From the NCBI GenBank assembly GCA_046497275.1, contig JAWOFX010000019.1:69552-101551 (forward strand): a stretch of DNA of 32,000 nucleotides, written 5' to 3'. Origin of the DNA: Promethearchaeia archaeon. Lineage in GTDB: Archaea; Asgardarchaeota; Lokiarchaeia; Sigyniarchaeales; SOKP01. The notes below the pieces were generated by a model. It saw only the letters and a list, made by a program, of their open reading frames with translations, was not told the DNA's origin and made no database searches. Of the stretch, positions 10,284 to 18,659 are shown piece by piece (position 1 is the first letter of the stretch; every line of letters begins with the position of its first letter). Both the position numbers and the translations under genes were made by a program.

Positions 10284-10895
10284 TCATTGAGTTTTTCTGC
10301 CACAATATTGACAGAATTTCTGTTCAATGGGGTAAAAGCTTCCACAATTAGGACATTTTTTTAAACTATTATTCAATATTTCTCTTGCGAGCATTTGAAA
10401 GGCTTGTTCCACATTCTCTCCGGTTTTAGCTGAAGTACTTATTATTTCACCTTGAAAATTATATTTATCAAACAACCTTTTTCCTTCTTTTTTTGATACT
10501 TCTCTTAGATTTTCCAAATCACTTTTCGCTTCAAGTAATAATTTTGTTTTAGGACTATTTGGTACTGAAGTGATTACTTTCATCCAATCATGCAAATCTA
10601 TAAGGGATTCATTATTGGTGATATCATAAAGTATAAGGGCACCTGATGCTCCCGATACATAAGAAGGTAATAAAATACGAAATTTTTTCTCTCCAGCAAA
10701 GTCCCAAATATTTAGAAGAATATCTGTGTCGTCTACCTCAACCTTTTTGGTTTCAAAATCGACTCCAATGGTTGAAAGTAGATCAGAATGGAATTTCCCC
10801 GTGCAATATTTCCTGATCAAACTAGTTTTCCCAACATTTTTAGCTCCAGCAACTATAACCTTAAATTTGACTAATCTTCTAGAATTTTCGGACAT
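10284..10895 (-). CDS. Rab/Ras-like small GTPase with C-terminal zinc ribbon
   Basis: G1 GAKNVGKT, G2 STIGVDF, G3 WDFAGE, variant G4 EAKSD, G5 TSAK; C-terminal CPNC-x10-CQYC. Confidence 0.92.
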   Translation of the reverse strand: MSENSRRLVKFKVIVAGAKNVGKTSLIRKYCTGKFHSDLLSTIGVDFETKKVEVDDTDILLNIWDFAGEKKFRILLPSYVSGASGALILYDITNNESLIDLHDWMKVITSVPNSPKTKLLLEAKSDLENLREVSKKEGKRLFDKYNFQGEIISTSAKTGENVEQAFQMLAREILNNSLKKCPNCGSFYPIEQKFCQYCGRKTQ

Positions 10896-10977
10896 TTCTA
10901 ACCCATTTTTAGTATATATATAATATAATTACCTTTATTGATTAATAATTTTTTTTTGTATAAGATTTTACCAATAA

Positions 10978-11286
10978 TTGAAATTTATAGATCATCCTTT
11001 AATTATAGAAGTTATTAAAATAGAAGGAATATGTCCCGTCTATATAGTTGGGGATAAAACAATTATAAAAGGGTCCATTATAGATATGGAAAAATCTGAT
11101 GCTGTCTGTATCCACTCCTTGTTTTGCCTTCGACTATTTATTATGGCATTAAGGGAAGGAGTTATATCAGCTGATCTTGGATTGTCTACTAAAAAGAACG
11201 GACTTAGATATTTTCAGCGTTTGGATCCCGGTAAACCTTATACTAACAGAGAAACTGTAACATTTAAGATATTATCTTCTATTTAA
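10978..11286 (+). CDS. TIGR04076-family Cys-motif protein, possibly degenerate
   Basis: GICPVY.VGD, AVCIHS, ALREG and LDPGKPYT match the recalled family pattern; TTG start; the third Cys position reads Arg (CGT). Confidence 0.6.
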   Translation: MKFIDHPLIIEVIKIEGICPVYIVGDKTIIKGSIIDMEKSDAVCIHSLFCLRLFIMALREGVISADLGLSTKKNGLRYFQRLDPGKPYTNRETVTFKILSSI

Positions 11287-11343
11287 AATGAGCTTTAGCA
11301 GAATATATTAAAAACAAGAATTTTCAAAATTATTAAGAAATAA

Positions 11344-11428
11344 GGAAGGAAGTACTTTATTGGTACTTCCTCCCGTCGAACTCCACCGATACTTTGGTGA
11401 CTTATTCACCTCTTATCTGATTGAGTTC
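11344..11428. other. GC-enriched intergenic element with several inverted repeats (candidate structured RNA or terminator)
   Basis: GGAAGGAAGTAC(11344-55)/GTACTTCCTCCC(11363-74); GAACTC(11378-83)/GAGTTC(11423-28); CACCGA(11384-89)/TTGGTG(11394-99); GGTGA(11396-400)/TCACC(11406-10). Confidence 0.4.
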
Positions 11429-11607
11429 ATATTATATAAATCCAATTATCCTTTTAATTATTGTGTAAATAGATTATAAATTCTAGGATTCATTTGGTTA
11501 AGATTTTTAAATTAAGTTAAGGATTTTCAAACATTAGTATTTTAGCAAAATTATACTATTTTTTTAAAAAGACTATCTTATTAAATCAAAGATTAGAAAT
11601 AGAGAAT

Positions 11608-13935
11608 TTAATCCGTTTTTTCCTTCTTATATTTAAATCGACTAATTTTGTATATTTCTTGAGCAATTTTCTTTCCAATATTCTCAATTTTCATCAAATC
11701 TCCAATATCTGCGTTAAAAATAGTTTGCAATGTTTCCATTTTGCTTAATAAATTTTTTGCTCTTAATTTGTTCACTCCAGGTATCCCCGCGATAACATAT
11801 TCTAACAAATATGATATATCGAGAGGGGCTTTCTCGAATCTAAGTTTTTCAGTTGATTTTTCATTTGTTTGTTCTTTTTTTGTTATATGATATAAGAAAT
11901 TAACTGTTTCCTCAACATTTTTAGTTCTATAGAGAGTTATTCCTAAATTTAGAATAATGGATGAGATCGCACCATATATTGCATTCTCGGTGATATTAGT
12001 ATTTTCGAAAGGATCTCCTTCTAATATTAAAATAGGACGTTCGAAATTATTATTCAAATCAATTAATTCCTTAAATAACCTGCCATCTTTAATAGAATCA
12101 TTAAAATCTTGACCACTTTTCCTTTCAATACCCACACGATTTGATATGATATAATCAGCCACATCAAGTTGTTCTAATTCCAAATTCACTCCCATTAATG
12201 AGAGCTTCCTAACGATGGGTGATGCAGTCTCTCTATTATCACAAACGACTTTAAATTTTTCAGCTCCTTCAATTTTTTCGTTTTGTGTAGGATCTCCCTT
12301 GCCTTTATTTTTATCTTCTGAAATATAACTCATTAGACTTTTCTGCTCATTTGAATCTGATGTTTGCTGGAAATTTTTTATCTTTTTTAAATTTCTCCGC
12401 ATATTTGATTCTTTAGCCTTCTCCGCCCAATAGTATCCTTCATCTCGAGTCCCTTCCGCCATCAAAATAAATACTTTCCCTTCCTTTTTTCGCCCGGTTC
12501 TTCCCCTTCTTTGAATCGATCTAATCGCACTCGGGACCACATCATAAAAGACTACTAAATCACACTCAGCAATGTCTAATCCCTCTTCCGCAACACTGGT
12601 ACCAATTAAAGTATTATAAATACCATTCTTAAACTCTTCCAACAGTTCAATTTGACGTTTCTGAGTTAATCCTTTGTCTGATCCTTTATTTGCTTGTCCA
12701 ACAAACTTATGAGCTTTTACAATTGAATCTTCATCGAAGTAATCTACGATATTATTAACGGAGTCACGGTAATGGCAAAAAACTAAAATACGAGATAATG
12801 AATTCTTAGTAAGCTGATCATGCAAGAGAGTTTTTAATTTTTCCATTTTAGGATGAACTATTCCTTTTGCTTGAATTTGATTTGTAAGATTAATCACTCG
12901 TTTAAAATCATTATCACTAAATAATTCCTTTAAAGATTTATTTGCCTTATTTTGTTTAATTTTTTCCTTATTTTTATCTATGTATTCCTTAAGTGCATTA
13001 ATGCCTTGGGTTTCTATAAGTTCAGACATATGGGATATCCTGATCGCATTTGCCTGCAGTTTTTTCGCATAAAATAATGCAAATTTCTCATCTTCCGACT
13101 TGGCTGAGGATAGTTTTCTATTAATCTTTTTATTTAGCTTTAAGAGATCCTTTCTTGTGACTTTACTTGTATCATATGAATCTAGTAAATCACCTTTTTT
13201 TAGATGTTTATAAATCTTTTTTAATTTCTCGTTTAGAATATTTAGGATTTCTGAGAATTCATTTGGCAATTTTACTTTTATCCATTCATTATCAACCTTA
13301 TGAATATAGGGCTTTACATCTGCATCATTTTCTGTCCGTATCTCAATATGGTCAATAAATAAATTCTGTTTGATCTCTTTTATTTTTTCCTCCTCAGAGC
13401 CTGGACTGGCAGTTAGCCCTAAAATATGTGCATTCTGCGAACTTTCCACATATTTTTTTGCTATAAAACAATACGCATAATCCCCCACTGCCCTATGGCA
13501 TTCATCAAAAATAATTAATGAAACCTCTTCTAAGGAATATTGATTTGAGATAATATCATTTTGAAGTACTTGTGGCGTCATAAACGCAACCTTCAGATCG
13601 CTCCATAATTCTTTCCTCTCCTCTGGGGGCGTGGTTCCAGTTATGGGCTTTAATGAATCTTGCTCTAAAACTGTTAAATCAAGAAAGGAATGATAATGTT
13701 GATTTACTAATGGTTTTGTAGGAGCAAGAAAGATAACCTTGGAATCCGGGATTTCAGTTAATCTATGTACTGCCAGCATTAATCCGATTATTGTTTTTCC
13801 CAATCCTGTGGGGATCACTACTAAAGAATTTTGGTTGAGACAACTGATAAAAATATTTTCTTGATAGGATCTTCTAAGAATTAAATCTTTTTGAATAAGG
13901 GGATGAGAGATATACTCTTCTTTTTCTGAAACCAT
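11608..13935 (-). CDS. hef: Hef: FANCM-like SF2 helicase fused to ERCC4/XPF nuclease and HhH2
   Basis: PTGLGKT (motif I), DECH (II), TASP (III), QRRGRTGR (VI); nuclease DNRE...DY...ERKS..DF; C-terminal IPGVNKLRA and IENIGKKIA HhH motifs. Confidence 0.95.
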   Translation of the reverse strand: MVSEKEEYISHPLIQKDLILRRSYQENIFISCLNQNSLVVIPTGLGKTIIGLMLAVHRLTEIPDSKVIFLAPTKPLVNQHYHSFLDLTVLEQDSLKPITGTTPPEERKELWSDLKVAFMTPQVLQNDIISNQYSLEEVSLIIFDECHRAVGDYAYCFIAKKYVESSQNAHILGLTASPGSEEEKIKEIKQNLFIDHIEIRTENDADVKPYIHKVDNEWIKVKLPNEFSEILNILNEKLKKIYKHLKKGDLLDSYDTSKVTRKDLLKLNKKINRKLSSAKSEDEKFALFYAKKLQANAIRISHMSELIETQGINALKEYIDKNKEKIKQNKANKSLKELFSDNDFKRVINLTNQIQAKGIVHPKMEKLKTLLHDQLTKNSLSRILVFCHYRDSVNNIVDYFDEDSIVKAHKFVGQANKGSDKGLTQKRQIELLEEFKNGIYNTLIGTSVAEEGLDIAECDLVVFYDVVPSAIRSIQRRGRTGRKKEGKVFILMAEGTRDEGYYWAEKAKESNMRRNLKKIKNFQQTSDSNEQKSLMSYISEDKNKGKGDPTQNEKIEGAEKFKVVCDNRETASPIVRKLSLMGVNLELEQLDVADYIISNRVGIERKSGQDFNDSIKDGRLFKELIDLNNNFERPILILEGDPFENTNITENAIYGAISSIILNLGITLYRTKNVEETVNFLYHITKKEQTNEKSTEKLRFEKAPLDISYLLEYVIAGIPGVNKLRAKNLLSKMETLQTIFNADIGDLMKIENIGKKIAQEIYKISRFKYKKEKTD

Positions 13936-14127
13936 ATTAACCAGAATGATTTAAATACTATTTTGAATATTCAATGATACTGAATGCGTCCAGTTATATA
14001 AAATGATAGAGTCCACTGATTAACTTAAATACATTTAATATCTTTTTAATAAAATTAGATAAGACGATATTTTACCTTGAAAAATAAGAAAATTTAATTG
14101 AGAGTAGAAATTAATTTTTATAAAAAT

Positions 14128-14233
14128 GCGCGGATGGTTTAGCCTGGTATAACGACACGCTCACACCGTGTAGGTTCGAGGGTTCAAAACGATTAAATCG
14201 TTTAGATACTGCGTGGAATTCCCTCTCCGCGCA
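14128..14233 (+). tRNA. tRNA-Val: tRNA-Val(CAC) with 31-nt T-loop intron, CCA not encoded
   Basis: Acceptor stem GCGCGGA/TCCGCGC plus discriminator A; D-arm GTTTAGCCTGGTATAAC; anticodon stem ACACG/CGTGT with loop CT-CAC-AC (anticodon 14162-14164); 6-nt variable region; T-stem GAGGG/CCCTC; T-loop TTCAAA^T interrupted by the intron. Confidence 0.93.
14189..14219 (+). other. Non-canonical tRNA intron at position 59/60 with bulge-helix-bulge
   Basis: Outer helix is the T-stem; central 4-bp helix TTCA(14183-86)/TGGA(14214-17); 3-nt bulges AA^A(14187-89) and AT^T(14218-20); inner pairs CG/CG. Cutting after the 2nd nt of each bulge restores an exact 7-nt T-loop TTCAAAT. Confidence 0.88.
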
Positions 14234-14396
14234 TTCTTTCTTATACGCTCAAGATAAAAATCATTCTATAAAATATGTTCATTCTGATTTCATCCTTCAA
14301 TATCTTTTTAACATATAAATTCGCAATAAAAATCATAAAAATTAAATGAAATGCTATATTTAAAGAAATAATTACCTTTTTCTGAGTTAATTCACC

Positions 14397-14702
14397 TTGT
14401 CCAGCTTTATAGAATCTCGCGAGTTACGTAAGAAATACAAAGAAGTAAAAGAATATGTTAAGATTGGGCCGATATTCCTAACTAGATATGAAAAAGCGAG
14501 AATAGTTGGTGCTCGAGCATTACAGATTAGCTTTGGCGCTCCTATTTTGGTTGAAAAATCTACGGACTTAATTGACCCGATAAAAATCGCCCAAGTAGAG
14601 CTTAAATCTAGAATTCTTCCATTAACAATAAGAAGAGAGCACCCTAGCTCAAATGAAATTCAAGATATCCCAATCAATAAACTTATTCTAAAGAAAGATT
14701 AA
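14397..14702 (+). CDS. rpoK: DNA-directed RNA polymerase subunit K (Rpo6/RPB6)
   Basis: [22 protein letters not shown] and [13 protein letters not shown] are the Rpo6/RPB6 signature; TTG start, position uncertain. Confidence 0.95.
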   Translation: MSSFIESRELRKKYKEVKEYVKIGPIFLTRYEKARIVGARALQISFGAPILVEKSTDLIDPIKIAQVELKSRILPLTIRREHPSSNEIQDIPINKLILKKD

Positions 14703-14724
14703 TTATAATTCAATTTATTCTATT

Positions 14725-15156
14725 TTATTGAATTTTGTATCGTCCTTTTTCAGAAAGATAATAGACTCTATTTGGCCCCACGATTTCAGTTTTTACATAT
14801 CCTTTTGCAATGAGATTATCTAAAATCTCTTCCAATTCTGCCTTTTTAAACGGTTCTTTGCCCATCGGCATCCTACTCTGATTAGTAATTATCGCAATTC
14901 TATTTAAAAACATCCTTTTATCTTGTATGCTTTCTATTACCGTGATTTCATTATTACTTAATTTCTCAAAGCTATCATGAGTTATCACCTCATCTCTCAA
15001 TGTTTGAGCAAGATTAATTGTTTCCTCACTAGGTTTTTGCTTTTGCGTATCCACATGAGTCAATTCTACCAAATCTTTCGCAACTTTTTTTTCCTTGCCT
15101 TTGGCAGTCTCTTCAAAATAGGATCTCATTTTTTCCTTTTTCTCATCATCTCCCAT
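14725..15156 (-). CDS. Hypothetical protein with probable C-terminal winged-helix domain
   Basis: Charged N-terminus, then helix-helix-hairpin pattern LEEILDNLIAKGYVKTE...VYYLSEKG typical of wHTH wings. Confidence 0.6.
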   Translation of the reverse strand: MGDDEKKEKMRSYFEETAKGKEKKVAKDLVELTHVDTQKQKPSEETINLAQTLRDEVITHDSFEKLSNNEITVIESIQDKRMFLNRIAIITNQSRMPMGKEPFKKAELEEILDNLIAKGYVKTEIVGPNRVYYLSEKGRYKIQ

Positions 15157-15203
15157 AATTACATTATAAACAATTTTATTATTTAAACACTTATATTTAC
15201 CTA

Positions 15204-15770
15204 ATGAAAGAAGATTATACTCTCGAGAATGGAGAGAAAGTTATTATTCGTCATGTAAAGAGGTCAGATGTTGAGGGAGTATGGAATAATTTTAATCAAG
15301 TGGTAGAAGAGGGCATATATCTTCCCGTGTTTTTCCCAGTTAAAAGTCATTTTGAAAAGCAAAATTGGTATGATAATCTTAAAAAGGATAATGAAATATG
15401 TATTGTCGCGGATTATAAAAATCTGAAAAGACCAATCAACATAATTGGGCAATGTGAGATTTCAAACGTTGAATGGGATGCTGCTATTCATGTTGGAAAT
15501 TTAGGGATCATCGTTCAAAAAAAATATAGAGATGAAGGTATTGGGAGGAAACTAATAGATATCGCAATAAAAGAATCTAAAAAATTACTTGAAAAGGAAA
15601 AAATCATTTTAAGCTGCTTCTCTTCAAATAAACGAGCCATACACCTTTATGAATCAATAGGATTCAATATCGTAGGGATTAGAAGAAAGCAATTTCTAAT
15701 TGAAGACCAATATTACGATGAGGTATTGATGGAATTATTCATTGATGAGTATTTGGGGGCAACTAATTGA
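15204..15770 (+). CDS. GNAT-family N-acetyltransferase
   Basis: Acetyl-CoA-binding motif A (KKYRDEGIGRKL) and motif B (NKRAIHLYESIGF). Confidence 0.9.
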   Translation: MKEDYTLENGEKVIIRHVKRSDVEGVWNNFNQVVEEGIYLPVFFPVKSHFEKQNWYDNLKKDNEICIVADYKNLKRPINIIGQCEISNVEWDAAIHVGNLGIIVQKKYRDEGIGRKLIDIAIKESKKLLEKEKIILSCFSSNKRAIHLYESIGFNIVGIRRKQFLIEDQYYDEVLMELFIDEYLGATN

Positions 15771-17210
15771 TTATGGATATCGTGATCGTCGATTATAGCA
15801 AATTTTAGATTCAGGGGTGAGAGGATTATCATTCAAAAAAATGAAATTTAGATTTTGTAATTTTTCTATTTTTTCATTATTAAAATGAGTGATTTCATTG
15901 CTCTTGAGAAATAAAATAATTAATTGTGTTAATGCATCAATTCCTCTGATTTCCTTGATTTTATTATTGTCCAGAAATAATTCTTGAAGCTTATGAAGGG
16001 TATCTAACCCCTCAATCTCCTTAATTTTATTATTGGATAATTCAATTTTTCTCAATTCTATGAGAGTATCTAAGTTTTCTATTTTTTGAATATTATTATT
16101 GGACAGATATAAACCCTTCAAATCGTTTAAATTTTCTAATCCTTCTATCTTTTCGATTTGATTATTGTTTAAGTGGAGCCAATGAAGATTTCTCAAACGG
16201 TCTAAACCAGAAATCTTTTTTATATCATTGAACGATAAATTTAATTTTTCTAATTTAGGTAAATCTATAAGACCCTTTATTACTGTGATTTTATTATTGT
16301 TAAGATTTAAATCTTCTAAATTACTTAAGCCAGATATTTCGCTTATCTCAGTTATTTGATTATGATCCAATGTGACCTTTTGGATGCTCTGGAGATTATT
16401 TACATTCTTAATTTCTTTTATTTGGTTATGGGATAAATTTAGTTCCTTTAGATTTTGTAATTTATCTAAATTATCAATTGTTTTAAGTTTGTTATGGGAT
16501 AAATCGAGGATTTGTAGATTTTCTAAATGATTTAATCCATAAATATTTGTAATTTTATTCCGCTTAAGTATTAAATGCTCTAAATCAGTCAATCTTTCTA
16601 TTACTGGAATCTCATCTATTGAACCAAATCCAGAACCCTCACAATTCAAAAGAATTATTTTTCCTCCTCGAAGAGTCACATTAAAACCACATTTTTTAAT
16701 AAAATAATCATATAGAATGATATTTAAACAAAAAACAATGAGATCTTCATTAATAGGACTATGAGATTTTAAAAAGATTTTCTCTGGATACTCTGATAAT
16801 TCAGTTGTCTTAATAGATTTGATAGAATTTTGAAGATAGTCTTTAAGGAGCTTCCAGGACTCTCTGTTATTAATTTTTTTTAGTATTTCAAGAGTTAAAA
16901 GTTTTTTTTCTATTAATTCAACTTTTTCTAGAACATATTTTGTTAGCGAAAGAAGCTTCGTTTTTTCAATATATTTATCTTTTAAAATTTTACCAGAGAT
17001 CAAACAAATCTTAATATTAGCATCAGATAAGAATAATTGTTCAAAAAAAGTATAATGGTTGCCCTTATCAAGATTTCCTAATATCTCTAATGCCTTTTCT
17101 CGAAGTTTTTGTTCATTAGAATTCAAAATCCATTCCATTAATAGAGATGAAGCTTCTTTAGTCCCTAATTCACCTATATGTTCCTTTATATTTCTTGGAT
17201 TTAATTCCAT
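15771..17210 (-). CDS. Leucine-rich repeat protein: helical N-terminal region plus about 12 SDS22-class LRRs
   Basis: From residue 207, 22-aa repeats of LxxLxxLxLxxNxIxxIxGLxx ending in LNDNPL; N-terminal 200 aa helical, possibly HEAT-like; stop abuts the GNAT stop with zero gap. Confidence 0.9.
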   Translation of the reverse strand: MELNPRNIKEHIGELGTKEASSLLMEWILNSNEQKLREKALEILGNLDKGNHYTFFEQLFLSDANIKICLISGKILKDKYIEKTKLLSLTKYVLEKVELIEKKLLTLEILKKINNRESWKLLKDYLQNSIKSIKTTELSEYPEKIFLKSHSPINEDLIVFCLNIILYDYFIKKCGFNVTLRGGKIILLNCEGSGFGSIDEIPVIERLTDLEHLILKRNKITNIYGLNHLENLQILDLSHNKLKTIDNLDKLQNLKELNLSHNQIKEIKNVNNLQSIQKVTLDHNQITEISEISGLSNLEDLNLNNNKITVIKGLIDLPKLEKLNLSFNDIKKISGLDRLRNLHWLHLNNNQIEKIEGLENLNDLKGLYLSNNNIQKIENLDTLIELRKIELSNNKIKEIEGLDTLHKLQELFLDNNKIKEIRGIDALTQLIILFLKSNEITHFNNEKIEKLQNLNFIFLNDNPLTPESKICYNRRSRYP

Positions 17211-17282
17211 TTGTCAAAATGTATAATTATTAGGAATTCAAAAAGCTGCCAAATGTGAAGACTTTAAATAATTTTTACCCAT

Positions 17283-18398
17283 TTAAGAGTATATGTAATC
17301 TTTTACACTATGTTCTTTATCAATTATATCTGTAAGTGCTTTATTGAAATGAATTTGATTTATAAATTCACTTCTCTCTCTTAAAGCTTTTATACCTGCC
17401 TCTGTGACTAATGCTTTAATATGAGCTCCGCTAAATCCCTCTGTTTTTCTGGCGAGTTCTATAAAATTAACATCCTTCAAAGTCATTTTGCGCGTATGGA
17501 TTTTCAAGATCATTTTTCGTGCTTCTTCAGTAGGTAAATCAAATCTTATTACTCGATCAAAGCGGCCAGGTCTTAATATCGCGGGGTCTAATACATCTTC
17601 TCTATTAGTGGCTGCGACAAACATGATTCCCTCAGTATTAGCAAATCCATCGAGCTCAGAGAGCAATTGCATAAAGGTTCTCTGAACTTCTCTGTCTCCT
17701 TTATACACTTCACTGGTTCTTTTAATTGCTATCGCATCAATTTCATCTATAAAGATTATTGCGGGAATATTTTCTTTTGCTAATGTGAATACTTCTCTTA
17801 CCATCCTTGAACCTTCACCAATGAATTTTTGCACCAAATCCGAGCCTACTAAATGTATAAATCGTGCATTCGTTGAATTCGCAATAGATTTTGCTGTGAG
17901 CGTCTTTCCGGTTCCGGGAGGGCCAGATAAAAGCGCACCAGAAGGAGGATCAATACCAAGCTTTTCAAATAATTCTGGATGTAAAAGGGGTAATTCAACT
18001 ACTTCTCGAATCGCTTGAATTTGAGCATCTAATCCTCCAATATCTTCAAATGTTACGTCAGGAGACTCCACCAGTTCCATACCTGCGACATGACCACGAA
18101 TCTTTCTGGATAAAATCTCTAAAATTTGATAACTTTGTGGATGAAGAGTGACTTGATCTCCTGCTTTGGGTTCAAGATGATCATTTGGAGGTAAAATCAA
18201 ACGATTTCCGGGAGCATGAGATATGATTACTCTTCCATCCTTTAGAACTCTCTCAACAGTGCCTATAAGTAAAGGCTTCTTCTTGAGATTGTTAATTATG
18301 TCTCTGAATCCACTTATTTCCCGCTTAAGTTGTTCATTCTCTTTTTCTAAAACACTAAGTTTCTTCTCTAGTTTTTTTACGGTTGATTCGGTCATCAT
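17283..18398 (-). CDS. pan: Proteasome-activating nucleotidase (AAA+ ATPase)
   Basis: N-terminal coiled coil and OB region, Walker A GPPGTGKT, pore loop KFIGEG, Walker B IFIDEID, ATNR and RPGRFDR SRH, C-terminal HbYX (I-Y-S). Confidence 0.93.
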   Translation of the reverse strand: MMTESTVKKLEKKLSVLEKENEQLKREISGFRDIINNLKKKPLLIGTVERVLKDGRVIISHAPGNRLILPPNDHLEPKAGDQVTLHPQSYQILEILSRKIRGHVAGMELVESPDVTFEDIGGLDAQIQAIREVVELPLLHPELFEKLGIDPPSGALLSGPPGTGKTLTAKSIANSTNARFIHLVGSDLVQKFIGEGSRMVREVFTLAKENIPAIIFIDEIDAIAIKRTSEVYKGDREVQRTFMQLLSELDGFANTEGIMFVAATNREDVLDPAILRPGRFDRVIRFDLPTEEARKMILKIHTRKMTLKDVNFIELARKTEGFSGAHIKALVTEAGIKALRERSEFINQIHFNKALTDIIDKEHSVKDYIYS

Positions 18399-18659
18399 CT
18401 ACAGTTCTATCTTATTAATCATATCAAAAATATTTAATTGTTTTACTCTTTCTCGTTTCGTTATGATCTCCATTTTATTCACTATTATTAATATTTAACG
18501 TGACAACATGCTATTTTCTACATTCTCTCCCCAAAAAAAACTGTAAATTCTATCCTTAAATAACATGACTTAATTCTAAAATGCATAGAACTAATAAAAA
18601 AGATTAATTAATACAAAAATAAGTAAAAAAAAAAGAATTAAATCCTAAAATTTCCTCAA

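Noticed and set aside
11344-11428. Fluoride (crcB) riboswitch, hammerhead ribozyme or SECIS interpretation of the structured element
   Set aside because: The minus strand has a crcB-like TCGG-TGGAGT-TCGA loop but lacks the downstream CUGAUGA-CUCC pseudoknot. CTGATTGA does not fit CUGANGA and there is no GAAA partner. Neither flanking gene has an in-frame TGA.
14172-14182. GGTTCGA as an alternative, intron-free T-loop for the tRNA
   Set aside because: It directly follows the anticodon stem, leaving no T-stem and no way to reach the acceptor 3' strand. Only the intron model closes the cloverleaf.
14725-15156. ESCRT-II (Vps25/EAP30) assignment for the winged-helix protein
   Set aside because: Only one generic wHTH pattern is visible and there are no ESCRT neighbours.
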